Source: a virus
Taxonomy: Duplodnaviria > Caudoviricetes
Length of the DNA: 64,000 bases
Virus record (IMG/VR): IMGVR_UViG_3300012979_001162
Span: 64,001-128,000 of that record
Reading direction: 5' to 3' (one strand)
Part shown: in pieces, positions 44,540 through 54,675 of the stretch
Layout of the letters: the number at the start of each line of letters is the position of its first letter
Numbering within the stretch: the stretch's first letter is position 1
Program-made: the position numbers and the translations under genes
Notes under the pieces: model-generated
What the model was told of the DNA's origin: nothing
The model's database searches: none
The model's input: the letters and a program-made list of their open reading frames with translations, nothing else

Positions 44540-44791
44540 TCAGTTTCTCCTCATCTTTTCCCATTTTGCTTTTGTGGCAAGACCGCCTCGCATAGTTCGT
44601 TCGGCATAATTCACGTCAAGAACTCTTGAAGCTTCTACGGCAAGAGCGTGATTAATATGAGGCAGTTTATCTCTTATGTCTTTGTGAATTGCAGACTTAC
44701 TGCGTCCAAAGTATTTGCCCGCTTGTCTTACTGTTGCGTTGTTCTCAACGATGTACTGTGCCTCACGGCAAATAAGTTCGTGGTTTCTCAT
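44540..44791 (-). CDS. spoIIID: SpoIIID-like sporulation transcription regulator
   Basis: YIVENNATVRQAGKYFGRSKSAIHKDI...LPHIN..LA...RGGLATK.KW matches the SpoIIID signature over the whole length. Confidence 0.9.
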   Translation of the reverse strand: MRNHELICREAQYIVENNATVRQAGKYFGRSKSAIHKDIRDKLPHINHALAVEASRVLDVNYAERTMRGGLATKAKWEKMRRN

Positions 44792-44792
44792 A

Positions 44793-45143
44793 TTATTTTA
44801 CCTCTCTTTCGTCAAGTGTGACGTATTTCATAAGTTCGTCCATATCGAACTTAAACTCTGGGAAAAGACAAAATCCGCTCGGCTGCATTCTTCCCGTCAA
44901 GTTTCCGAGTTTGTTCTCGATGAGCCATAACAAGATTTTCTCTCCGCAATTGTTAGTGTCAATAAATGCACAATCTTCGGCACATTTAACACTAAGGTTT
45001 ACGGTTAGGTCGCCATATGGCTCTGGGTATCCCTCATAGTGAGTTCTCATACCCACATAGAGATTGTTGTTTTCGGCATAGTTTGCCAAGTGAAATGTGA
45101 TAGGGTGATCTGCACCCCATGCATTAAGTGTTAATCTTTGCAT
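44793..45143 (-). CDS. DUF4313-like protein
   Basis: Y..NNNLYV....EPYGDLTVNL....AFIDTNN...WL..NKLG..TG...SGFC.FP pattern. Confidence 0.65.
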   Translation of the reverse strand: MQRLTLNAWGADHPITFHLANYAENNNLYVGMRTHYEGYPEPYGDLTVNLSVKCAEDCAFIDTNNCGEKILLWLIENKLGNLTGRMQPSGFCLFPEFKFDMDELMKYVTLDEREVK

Positions 45144-45155
45144 AGCATTTTCTCC

Positions 45156-46976
45156 TTAAAATCCGTTTTTGTTATATTCCCATCGAATATCGAGGGTATG
45201 GTAGTGAATGAGGCTATCCCACGCTTGGCGGATAACCTCGCCGAATGTGCAAACTATGTTACCCATTGTTTTGGATTTCCATTTGTATTTGGCATCTTCG
45301 TCTTCCTCGCTTTCGTCAATTTCCTCTATCTCACATATATCCCAATATATGTGTTTTACCCCTCGTTGAATGGCTTTGCGTTTTGCTTCACTTTTGTCTT
45401 TTGCATTGACAAATTGCACAGTTACTCTGCCGCAAATCATATCTTCTTTAAATGTTACCCTGAAGAGTTTCATTATTTTCCCTCTCTTTCTTTTCTTCTT
45501 CAAGACACGACTTGCAATTATCAGTGCAGTTCGTGATTTGATTGCATATAGGACAATATTTGGGCATATTACAGTTCCTCCACTTTGACAAGGTCAATAT
45601 ATACGCCGTGATTGCCGCAACAAGTCAGATTGTGGGCCTCGGCATATTCGTCAACTGTTTCGCCTGCATCACAAAGATCAAAAATCTCATAATAGTCGGC
45701 GCAAAGTCCGGGCAGATATTCTTGGCAGTAATCTGCAACAAGGTCTACGGCTTGAGATGGATCATAAGCATAAACGTGGAATTCTTGGAGCCACGCAGTG
45801 CCCGTGCCGATGAATACGGCATAATAACGTTCGCCGTGGCTGCCTTGGTTAATTTCAATGATAGACATAGTATCACTCCTTTCAATTAAAAAAGACCATC
45901 TTGCGATAGTCTTAAGTTGCGTTTGTTTAGTTTGCGATAGCAAGCTCTTCCTCGATGTCACGTTTGATGCGCTGGCGAATCTCATTTGGGTGCAATTCAA
46001 GCTGCTCGGCAACAATAATAGATTTGCCTTTGGTGATAAGCTCCATTCGAGAAGAGCGTAGGTCTTTCAGAATCTGCTGACGTTCCTCGTATGTGATTCC
46101 GTCCTCAAAATAGTCTTTCATTGCCTGCATAAGTATAGCACAGGCAAGGTCTTTGATGTTTTCGTCATTCATTTGTTTATACCTCCGTGATAGGACACGA
46201 CCCATAAAATTTCCGTGGTTTAAGCCCACAACAAAAGGCACTACCGAAGTAATGCCCTTGACTTGCAGGTTTAAGCAACAATGTTTTCTACAGAAACTCC
46301 GCAATACTTTGCAAAGCATTCAATGGCGTCCTTGTCGGTTTCAACACCGATAATTGACGACGACGGAAACGACGGTGTATACATAAAGTAATCGGCGTAA
46401 CCGTGCTTATAAAGACTGCACCTATGACCATTTTTCGTGCATTCTGCGAGCAGTCCTCTCTTTGCGTCAAGCATAATTATTCCTCCTTTTTATGCAACAA
46501 GTTCTTTAAATCTTATACCAAGATAAACCTCAATTAGTGCGGGATCGTAGCCGCAAAGATGGCAGAATGTGCGACAAGCCGCAACTTGCCCTGCGTGCCA
46601 CTTAAAGAATTTTGCTCCGCTGATTACGCTCGGAAGTGAGCCAACGAGCGTTTCAAGGTTGTTTACCCATATAGCACCACCAAAGATAGGGATTGCGTTT
46701 GGATACTTTTCGTCAAGGGCTTCAATGGCTTTTTGGGTCATAGTTGGTTCTATTGGTTCGGACCATTCTTTTGATAACATAGTTATACCTCCTAAATTAT
46801 CGGCATATGCCGTTGAGTATTTGATAAAATATATTCCACCAAGAGCCGCGGTTTGCTTCTATTGGTGCAAAAAGATCAATAGCACACGCAGTTAAGTATA
46901 TAATTACGAGTGCAAGTATAATTGCTTTGATTGGGTGCTCGAATATCCAGTCGAGCAAGTCTGCAAATGTTGTCAT
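45156..46976 (-). other. six small early-type genes (including 45569-~45868, 45927-~46172, 46271-46474, 46490-46780, and a 59-aa membrane protein at 46797-46976)
   Basis: ORFs with RBS; true starts are shorter than the ORF-track calls. Confidence 0.55.
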
Positions 46977-47079
46977 AGTTTTATACCTCAGATTTAATGT
47001 ATTTTTTTGTGCATTTGAGTACACAATGAAGAGGATAAGCATACACTTATCCTCTCGAATTCTGTATTCAAACGGTCTA

Positions 47080-47637
47080 TTTAGTGCAGATTGGTTTACG
47101 CACAACCCAAACCCTACCACCCTCGGAAATGCTACAATTCTTGCGTTTTGCGGCACTTCTTTTCATTATGCGATATTCAATCTGTACCTAACAGGATAGA
47201 CCTATCCTGCGGGAGTTATCACAATTCCTTGGGTTTCGCCTGCAACCCGTTCCGACTCGGCATATGGCACTTTGTGCTTTTACCGTAAGATTTCACCCTT
47301 TGGGCATAGAAATCTTGTGTGTCGGGAATGCCGCAAAAATGCGGTCTTATATCGCTCTAAATTCAGGTACACCGTTTACCACAGTGTTCGTTTTTATCCC
47401 GTTCAAGACGGGCGTCTGTCTGGCGACTCGACGCTTTCGACGGCAAGATATATATAATCTGTGTGTACCGCCTACCCTACTAATAGGTATAACTATCCCG
47501 TATGTATCACCGTTTCTTTGTATCGGTATCCGCAGTTTCAACAAGTGTCACGCAAGGCATAGTTATCCTATCTTGCTGACTTACGGATATAGGTTGGGCG
47601 TTCTGCTTTGCAACGGTATCGCACCGTTCAACCTATG
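47080..47637 (-). ncRNA. candidate large structured non-coding RNA (boundaries approximate)
   Basis: no credible ORF; many short hairpins (ATAGGTTG/CAACCTAT enclosing AACGGT/ACCGTT, CCCGT/ACGGG, CCGCA/TGCGG, AGATTTC/GAAATCT, CAGGATAG/CTATCCTG); follows a boxA-like element. Confidence 0.45.
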
Positions 47638-47655
47638 AATTTTCAATGAACAAAC
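47638..47655 (-). promoter_or_regulatory. boxA-like antitermination element, copy 2
   Basis: GTTTGTTCATTGAAAATT on the minus strand, identical to 48994-49011; resembles Firmicutes rrn boxA (GTTCTTTGAAAA). Confidence 0.5.
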
Positions 47656-47948
47656 GCAGCACAATAAAGCCCTCGGTCAACGGGGGTTCGGTTCGTGTGC
47701 GGTCTTATGGTATACCCTTTACGTTTTTGTGTTTTGATGCGTTGCATATTGCACAAAATCCCCGTTATGCGTTGCATTTTGTGGGGGTGCTGGGGGTTCG
47801 GTTTTCGTGCGTTCTAATGCGTGAAAACGGATTTTTTACACAAATATTTTTAATTCGTGCGTGTTAAAAAAATACCATAAACAAAACACACAATAATTTT
47901 TGTATGCTTTGTTTGTGCTATTTTTCAAAAGATTATAAAACGCAAATT

Positions 47949-47982
47949 AGGACTACCGCATTTTTTGGCGGTAGTCCTTTTT
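47949..47982. terminator. strong hairpin/terminator after the 47995-48855 gene
   Basis: AGGACTACCGC/GCGGTAGTCCT 11-bp stem; T-tract on the + side, weaker on the - side. Confidence 0.6.
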
Positions 47983-47994
47983 GAATTTGCTTTT

Positions 47995-48855
47995 TTACTT
48001 ATTTTCGATAACTTTATAAATTGTGCTTTTGTCGTTTGTCGGTAACTTGTAACCATTGAACGCATAACGATATACAATAGCTAATGCGTTCATTACCGCA
48101 TTTGTATCCGCTATTGTCAATTTGCCGAATTTGTTACGATTGCAAATAATTTGAAAAATTGCTTTTGCGTGATATGCGGTAACTTTTGCGGAATTTTCAC
48201 CAACAAAATAATTGAAAATCATTTCGATTTGTTCATTGTATCCGCTATTGCTTGACTTGTCAAATGGATTGCTTTTGCCGTTTTCGGTGCAAATTTCAGT
48301 CACTTTATTAAAAGTTTTTGTATAGTTTGCGTTAGGTTTAAAATCCGCCTTTTCTTCAATGTTAGTGTATTTTCTTGCAGTGTGTGTTATCAAATCACAA
48401 TAACCCACACCTAAATCGCCAAAAAAGTGTTTAATTGCTTTTTGTTTATCCTCTTTAGGTTTTTTGTCGGTGTGTGCGTTTGCGTGATATTCACAACGTG
48501 CTTTGAAAATATCCTTGAAGAAAATAGGCTTTTCAGTGGTTGATATTTCAATAAGTCCGCTATCATTGATAGATAACTCTTGAATTTCAACGCTTACCGC
48601 ATTTTTTACCGCCTTTTCAATTTCCTTTTCGGAAATACCGCTAATAAGTTTTACATTGAAAAATGCGTTGATAAAATCCGCTTTTTCAAGTGTTGCTAAC
48701 TTATAACAAAATTCTGAAATAATGGCGTTGTTTTCCTCTGTTGCCTTTTCCAAAATTTCATTTGGAATTGTGGTATAACTTGCATTTTCAATTGCATTTG
48801 CATTTTCTACCATTTGAACCATAGTTAAGTTTGCGTTTGTGTTTGTGTTTTTCAT
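47995..48855 (-). CDS. hypothetical protein (286 aa), first gene of the left arm
   Basis: long ORF with GAGGT RBS. Confidence 0.75.
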   Translation of the reverse strand: MKNTNTNANLTMVQMVENANAIENASYTTIPNEILEKATEENNAIISEFCYKLATLEKADFINAFFNVKLISGISEKEIEKAVKNAVSVEIQELSINDSGLIEISTTEKPIFFKDIFKARCEYHANAHTDKKPKEDKQKAIKHFFGDLGVGYCDLITHTARKYTNIEEKADFKPNANYTKTFNKVTEICTENGKSNPFDKSSNSGYNEQIEMIFNYFVGENSAKVTAYHAKAIFQIICNRNKFGKLTIADTNAVMNALAIVYRYAFNGYKLPTNDKSTIYKVIENK

Positions 48856-48993
48856 AAAATACCTCTTTTCCCCGCTTTTGCGGAATTAAAAAAATAATGT
48901 ATGCATATTGTAATATGCACCACAAAAACAACAAAGTTATTTATTGCCTTTGTGGTACACATTACCCACAAACAACAGTTACACAATTTATAA

Positions 48994-49011
48994 AATTTTC
49001 AATGAACAAAC
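48994..49011 (-). promoter_or_regulatory. boxA-like antitermination element, copy 1
   Basis: 18-bp exact match to 47638-47655, in the leader of the left arm. Confidence 0.5.
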
Positions 49012-49184
49012 ACATAGTGCTAATGCGTTGCATTTGCTTTTGTGCGTTGCACCTATAAAGCGGACTATGTGCGATATTTGACAAATACACTTTTTCCATT
49101 TTTTACCAAAATATCAAAATTTGTCAAAAATCTATTGCGGTAGAGGGTGGCGGATTTTTCCGCTTTTCCCCTTGCCTTGATACT

Positions 49185-49212
49185 ATTATACCACTACCAC
49201 AAAAAATTCAAA
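49185..49212 (-). promoter_or_regulatory. extended -10 promoter at the head of the left arm
   Basis: TGGTATAAT on the minus strand (49185-49193) with a TTGAAT-like hexamer upstream at suboptimal spacing. Confidence 0.45.
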
Positions 49213-50205
49213 TTTTTTGCTATATGGGGCGTAGTTTAAACCGTAGATAATGCCTTGTATCCGAGCCGGATCAAAGGGTAGTCTTTTTAGACACTGACTG
49301 CAAAATAAAAGGCTTAAAATATCTTCAAATCCACCCCCTCAAAACACTCTTATATTTACAACACACCGCTACCTCACGTCTCACTCCATTCCACAACCTT
49401 CAATTCCACTCTCACTTTACCTCACCTAACTTTTCCACAACCTATCCCCCAGCAAATCCCTACCATATCCCCACTTATCCACATCACTTTTCCACAGCCA
49501 AAATCCAAATCGCCAAAACCACAGCCAAACCCAATACTAATTCGCATTTCCGAAATACCACCCCTCCAAACTACTTCGGATTTCCGAAATGGTTTACAAT
49601 CCAAGCCTTTTCCTATCTAAAAGCCACATTCTAACCCACGCCCCAAATAACCTCCCATCTAACCCCAACGCCTCACCCTCTCCAAGCAAAACCCTCGTCA
49701 AATCCATTCTGAGTCCCAAAATACCCAACTACTTAACCTTACCGGGGGTACTTTTAAACTACACAGATACAGAGTCCCTACTCTACGGTATAGGGCACAT
49801 ATACCCGAAATCCCAAATACCAAGTTCTCCAATTCGTTATAAATAATATATAATATGTCTAACTGAATCCCACTTCACTGAATCCCAGTTCAGTATAGGG
49901 GTACGTTAAAACTAAACCCAGATCCAATATCCCATACCAAGTACCCAATAAATAAAAACGCCAAATCCGTTTTTAATTACCCAAAATTCCTACTCCAAAC
50001 CCAATATCCGTATATTAAAAACGAGAAATCCGTTTTTATGTAAAAGTCCACACCTAACCCATTTCTGCGGATAATTACAAAGAATATATTTATTCGACAG
50101 GGATGCGTTAGCAGCCCTGAAGGAAGGAGCTTGTAAAGCGACTTCCTATAGCGACGCAGTCAACAATAAGTATTATATATAATATATAGAGGAGCCAAGC
50201 CCAAC

Positions 50206-50542
50206 CAATAACCCCTTTTAAGAACAACCCCTTTATGACATACCAAACCACCACTACCCTATCCAACAACCCATTCCAAGAGCAATAACTCCCAAAAATA
50301 TTATTTACTTTAGGAAATAATATTAATTCTATATCAATATCTATATCATTATCATTCTCTATATCTATATCAGTGGTTATTGTTAGGTTATTGTAGGTTA
50401 TTGTTTCGACTAGTCTTTTCCTATATATTTATAAAATGGGTGCAATAACCTAATGCAATAACTCTGCAATAACTATGCCTTTTTGGTTTTTGCAATCAGT
50501 TTTTGCAATAATTGTAAACAAATTGTAAATAAATACAATAAC
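50206..50542. repeat. iteron-like CAATAAC cluster (9 copies, both orientations), possible origin or operator
   Basis: direct copies at 50206, 50283, 50443, 50456, 50467, 50536; inverted GTTATTG at 50376, 50387, 50397. Confidence 0.6.
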
Positions 50543-50598
50543 CTATTGACTTATTGTAGGTTTTGGTATATACTACACTCGAACAAAACAAAATGATT
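50510..50598 (+). promoter_or_regulatory. promoter cassette P6 (head of the right arm)
   Basis: AATTGTAAA at 50510 and 50521; TTGACT 50546-50551, 17 bp, TATACT 50569-50574; ACAAAATGATT 50588-50598. Confidence 0.8.
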
Positions 50599-50610
50599 GG
50601 AGGAAAGCCT

Positions 50611-50994
50611 ATGGCTAAATATGAAAACTTCGTGTTTTATGGAAGTTGGAAAGAGCATCTTGATGGGCTACGAGCTCTCTGCGGCGATGATGTTGCCAAA
50701 GAGGTTGTGTGGCAGATTGTCAACTACGGTACATCTAAGGAGTTCGATACCGACGACCAAAAGATTATTGATATGGTCAACGGTATGTGCCGAGACCTTA
50801 TTACCTCTGCCAAGAAGCGCAGACTAGCTTCTATTGAGAATGGTCAACAAGGCGGCAGACCAAAGAAGTATAAACTGGAAGATATGCTCGCTCTACGAGA
50901 TGCCGGTTTATCAGACCAAGAGATTGCCGACAATCTTGGCTGCGACGTGAGAACTGTACGCAAAACTTTAAAAGAAGCAGACGATGAAATCTGA
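50611..50994 (+). CDS. DUF6291-like domain plus C-terminal HTH (replication initiator-related or regulator)
   Basis: FVFYGSWKE...IVNYG...ENGQQGGRP, then LSDQEIADNLGCDVRTVRK HTH; GGAGG RBS. Confidence 0.7.
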   Translation: MAKYENFVFYGSWKEHLDGLRALCGDDVAKEVVWQIVNYGTSKEFDTDDQKIIDMVNGMCRDLITSAKKRRLASIENGQQGGRPKKYKLEDMLALRDAGLSDQEIADNLGCDVRTVRKTLKEADDEI

Positions 50995-51006
50995 GGCGGT
51001 GATGAT

Positions 51007-51498
51007 ATGCAAGATATTTATACAATAGATGGAAAAAATTTTGCCAAATATAATCCAGAACTTGATTGGAGCGGAAAACTCTTTGAACAATATGAAGAGA
51101 TTTCTCCAATAAGTAGGCGTGCCGGGGTGTATGCTTTTACTCTTTGTGGAGAAGTAGTATATGTTGGCTCTAGTATTAACTTGTTTGGGCGACTTCAAAC
51201 CCATATTGCTCATATGCAAGGGAAAACAAACCGAAATAGTACGAGTATTGATCGGAAAAAATATTATTATCTCAATAAGTATTTGCCGTATGTACAATTT
51301 GAGATTCTTTACTTTTATGATAAGTTTGTATCTAAAAGCCAACTGGAAGAAAAAGAGTATGAACTTATAAATCAATACTGTCCAATTTTTAATGTTAACT
51401 ATAAAGATAGATTAAAAAGATGGAACGGCTCCGAACAGGATATTGACAACTTTGTTCATGAAATTACTTCTATGGATGATTTAAAAAGCAAATTATAA
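51007..51498 (+). CDS. GIY-YIG nuclease
   Basis: GVYAF...VYVGSS.NL..RL..H...E.ELI..Y.P.FN. Confidence 0.75.
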   Translation: MQDIYTIDGKNFAKYNPELDWSGKLFEQYEEISPISRRAGVYAFTLCGEVVYVGSSINLFGRLQTHIAHMQGKTNRNSTSIDRKKYYYLNKYLPYVQFEILYFYDKFVSKSQLEEKEYELINQYCPIFNVNYKDRLKRWNGSEQDIDNFVHEITSMDDLKSKL

Positions 51499-51535
51499 CA
51501 CTACAAAATGATTAAAAGAAAGAAGGTGATGTATA

Positions 51536-52034
51536 ATGAGCATTAAGGTAATATTCCTTGATGTGGATTAGGGACGGCGTCCTCAACTCTAACGCCACGG
51601 AAGATATATTCAGAGGCTTCATTGGTCTCGACTACTCCGGCATTAAGTTGCTAAGAGAAATAGTTGACGCTACTAGTGCCGAGATTGTACTCGTGTCTAG
51701 CTGGAAGAGCAGATGGTATAAAGACCACAAGAATTGCCAAGACAATCTAGCAAACTACCTCGACCAAAGACTTGCCGAAGAAAACTTGAAGATATTAGAT
51801 AAGACCGAAGGAAGTTCGTTGGACCGTGGCCACGGCATCGTAGACTGGCTCTCCGAGCACCCCACCGACTCTTGGATTGTCCTAGACGATGAAATCTTTG
51901 ACGACTACGAGGAGTGTGGTATTATGCCCCACTTGGTCAAGACAAGTTTCTACGACGGTGGTCTTAAGGAGAAGCACGTAGAAATGGCTATAAATTTATT
52001 AAACAAAGAAACGGCTGGAAGGAGAATAAAATAA
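51536..52034 (+). pseudogene. HAD-family phosphatase (RNA-repair type) disrupted by a 7-bp insertion
   Basis: MSIKVIFLDVD then TAG at 51569; removing 51566-51572 restores IFLDVDGVLN in frame with IVLVSSW...RG..I..WL...WIVLDD. Confidence 0.75.
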
Positions 52035-52279
52035 TGAATACAACAGAAATGAAACGCTGTCCTTTTTGTGGCGGTGAAGTCTTGTTTGAAAATAATTTCG
52101 CAAGATATAACGCAACTTACCACGGAGAATGTCAAAAATGTGGGATGGTATTTGAATATACTGAAAAGCATGAGGAACTATCCATAGATTACCCAGGACT
52201 CAACGAAACGAGAATATATCACAATATTATCAGACAACGCAACGCTCCGTTTATAGAAGTATGGAATAGTCGAGTGTAA
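52034..52279 (+). CDS. Lar-like (restriction alleviation) Zn-finger protein
   Basis: KRCPFCGG...CQKCG...WNSR. Confidence 0.55.
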   Translation: MNTTEMKRCPFCGGEVLFENNFARYNATYHGECQKCGMVFEYTEKHEELSIDYPGLNETRIYHNIIRQRNAPFIEVWNSRV

Positions 52280-52304
52280 AGAAATGGTTGGAAGGAGATT
52301 TAAA

Positions 52305-53834
52305 ATGAAGCTTAGTAAAATGACTTGGTTTAATGTTGCTGTAGCGGCACTTTGTCTATTTTGTGGGATTTATTCCCTTTGTCGAGGTAATATATTAATT
52401 GGTATTTTAGATATTATTCTTGCTGCATTAAATTTGTATTGTGTTCTTAACTTTATTGCGGCGTGGTGGGAAAAGTCGGATAAAGTAAGACATAAGTTTA
52501 TCTTTACGTGTCCAAAGTGTGACCATAAAATTATACCTACTTTTTGGTGTTGGATTTTTGTTCCACATCTTGGCAGTAAAAGATACTTTAAGTGTGATAG
52601 ATGTAAACATTATAGTTGGATGAAGAGAAAGCAAAGAAGGAGATAGCAACAATGGTAAGTGAAAAATATCAATTCCCCAAAATAACACCCGAAATGCATA
52701 AAGAAATGCAGAAGTGGTATAAAAAGCACAATCACGGCAAGTGCGCTAAGAGATATCACGGTGCTATTGGCGGCGATGTGACATTTGAGATTACACCCAC
52801 AAGTATCGGAAACTTTCTTACGGTGAGATGTACTTGTGGGGCTGAGTTAAACTATGAAGCATTATAAGGAGATAAAGTAATGACAGCAAAAGAATTTCAC
52901 CAAACAAAAGTAATACCCGCACGACAAGAAGTTCAGAGACTTGAACAAGAGTGGGAATATCTGAACCGCTTAGAAAAGGCAGAAGCTGCTGGGTTAGAAT
53001 GGCCCACTTGTGGTAATTGCGCCTACTCTTGTGTGATAATGTGTAGCGACCACAATGAATGTCTCGGCGGTAAGTGCACTTGTTGTCACGACTATTGCTA
53101 CAAGTGGATGGCGGATAATTCAGTATCTACTTATCTGCGTGAACATCACCACTATGACGAGTTTACAGTATTCCGCCTTGAAAAAATATTCGGCGATGAC
53201 ATTCTCAAGTGTGACAACCTCGACCTCGTACTAAAAGCGCTTCAGTTGATGGACGAAGTTAAAGAAAAAGCAAAGGAGAGAAAGTAATGGACAACAATCA
53301 GAACGAATATTTCAGTTCTCTTCTTGAAAACTGTGATGAATGTCCAAATGTCGAAGATTGCATTGACAAGGCATTAGCCAATCTACACGCTGAGTGTGAA
53401 CACTGGGCACAGTTTAATGCCGCATATGAGTTTGCAGACAAATATATACGCGAATATCTATACGAAGAAATTACGAAATACATCAAGGAGGAACCCACAT
53501 GGCTAAACTATTTAAACTAACCGCATACCTAACCGACATCGATGGCTCTTTCGGTGAACAAGATCTCGAAGACTACATAATGTGGCGTTTGCGTGATGAA
53601 CTGCTTGTGGACCATATCCACCTCACCTCTGCCGACGTTGGCGAATGGCACGATGACCACCCACTTAACTATATGGACTGCCCCGAGGCAGAATACGAAA
53701 AATATTTTAAGAAAACCCAGCCGATGATTGAAAGTCTAGTGTATTCACCAAAAGTGATGCACGATCAAATTACCGCAGAACTTCATCAAAAACTTATAGA
53801 TCAGCTTGGTATTAAATTTAAAAAGGAGAACTAA
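52305..53834 (+). other. five hypothetical genes (membrane/Zn-ribbon protein 52305-52646, ~52652-52867, 52880-53287, 53287-53520, 53499-53834)
   Basis: co-oriented ORFs with RBS. Confidence 0.6.
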
Positions 53835-53835
53835 T

Positions 53836-54672
53836 ATGAGTAACAAAAAAGATTCACTTGGCGACCGTATGAAAGAAAACTACGAGAACCGCGCCAAAAC
53901 CTACCTAGTACGCCGTATGCCCGTCATCATTAGATTAGATGGCAGAGCATTTCACACCTTTACAAAGGGTTTAAAGAAGCCCTACGATGAAATTTTCCAT
54001 AACACTATGAATGCGACCATGAAGTATCTCTGTGAGAACATCCAGGGCTGCAAGCTCGGCTATACTCAGTCTGATGAAATCACCCTACTTCTCACCGACT
54101 ATGATACCCTCGACACCGATGCTTGGTTTGATAACAATGTGCAAAAGATTTGCAGTGTATCAGCAAGTATGGCAACTATGGCTTTTAATAAGTATTTGCG
54201 CGAATTTTCAAGAGATACTCTGCGCAGAATTAATAATGCTTTTACATGCACGGCAGAAGAAGCAAATTACGCAACAACTCTTGAAAAGGCGATTGATAGG
54301 GGAGCTATGTTTGACTCTCGCTGCTTCAACATCCCCGAAGACGAGGTGACCAATTGCTTCATCTGGCGCCAGCAAGATGCGACCCGTAACGCCATCCAGA
54401 TGCTCGGTCAGTGCAACTTCTCTCACAAGGAGCTTCAAGGTAAGTCTTGTAACGCCATTCAAGATATGTTAATGCTACAAAAGGGCATCAACTTCAATGA
54501 TATGCCGACTGAGTTTAAACGTGGCGTGTGCTGCCGAAAAGAAGTCTATCAAGATCCGGATGTGGACATTAAAGACGGCTTCTATCCGAGAGCTCGCTGG
54601 GTGCTTGACAAAGAGATTCCCATCTTCACTCAGGATCGAAATTATGTAGAAAGAACTTTTAAGGAGAACTAA
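53836..54672 (+). CDS. thg1: tRNA(His) guanylyltransferase Thg1-like protein
   Basis: RMK..YE, IIRLDGRAFHTFT, YTQSDEITL, FDSR, WRQQDATRN, FKRG motifs. Confidence 0.92.
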   Translation: MSNKKDSLGDRMKENYENRAKTYLVRRMPVIIRLDGRAFHTFTKGLKKPYDEIFHNTMNATMKYLCENIQGCKLGYTQSDEITLLLTDYDTLDTDAWFDNNVQKICSVSASMATMAFNKYLREFSRDTLRRINNAFTCTAEEANYATTLEKAIDRGAMFDSRCFNIPEDEVTNCFIWRQQDATRNAIQMLGQCNFSHKELQGKSCNAIQDMLMLQKGINFNDMPTEFKRGVCCRKEVYQDPDVDIKDGFYPRARWVLDKEIPIFTQDRNYVERTFKEN

Positions 54673-54675
54673 CAA

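Noticed and set aside
46977-50500. tRNA genes in the non-coding regions
   Set aside because: No cloverleaf with a properly placed T-loop (GTTCRA) and acceptor stem recognised by eye; tRNAscan would be needed to exclude them
51569-51571. Amber stop-codon reassignment
   Set aside because: The TAG comes with a frameshift that read-through would not fix, and long genes translate cleanly in the standard code
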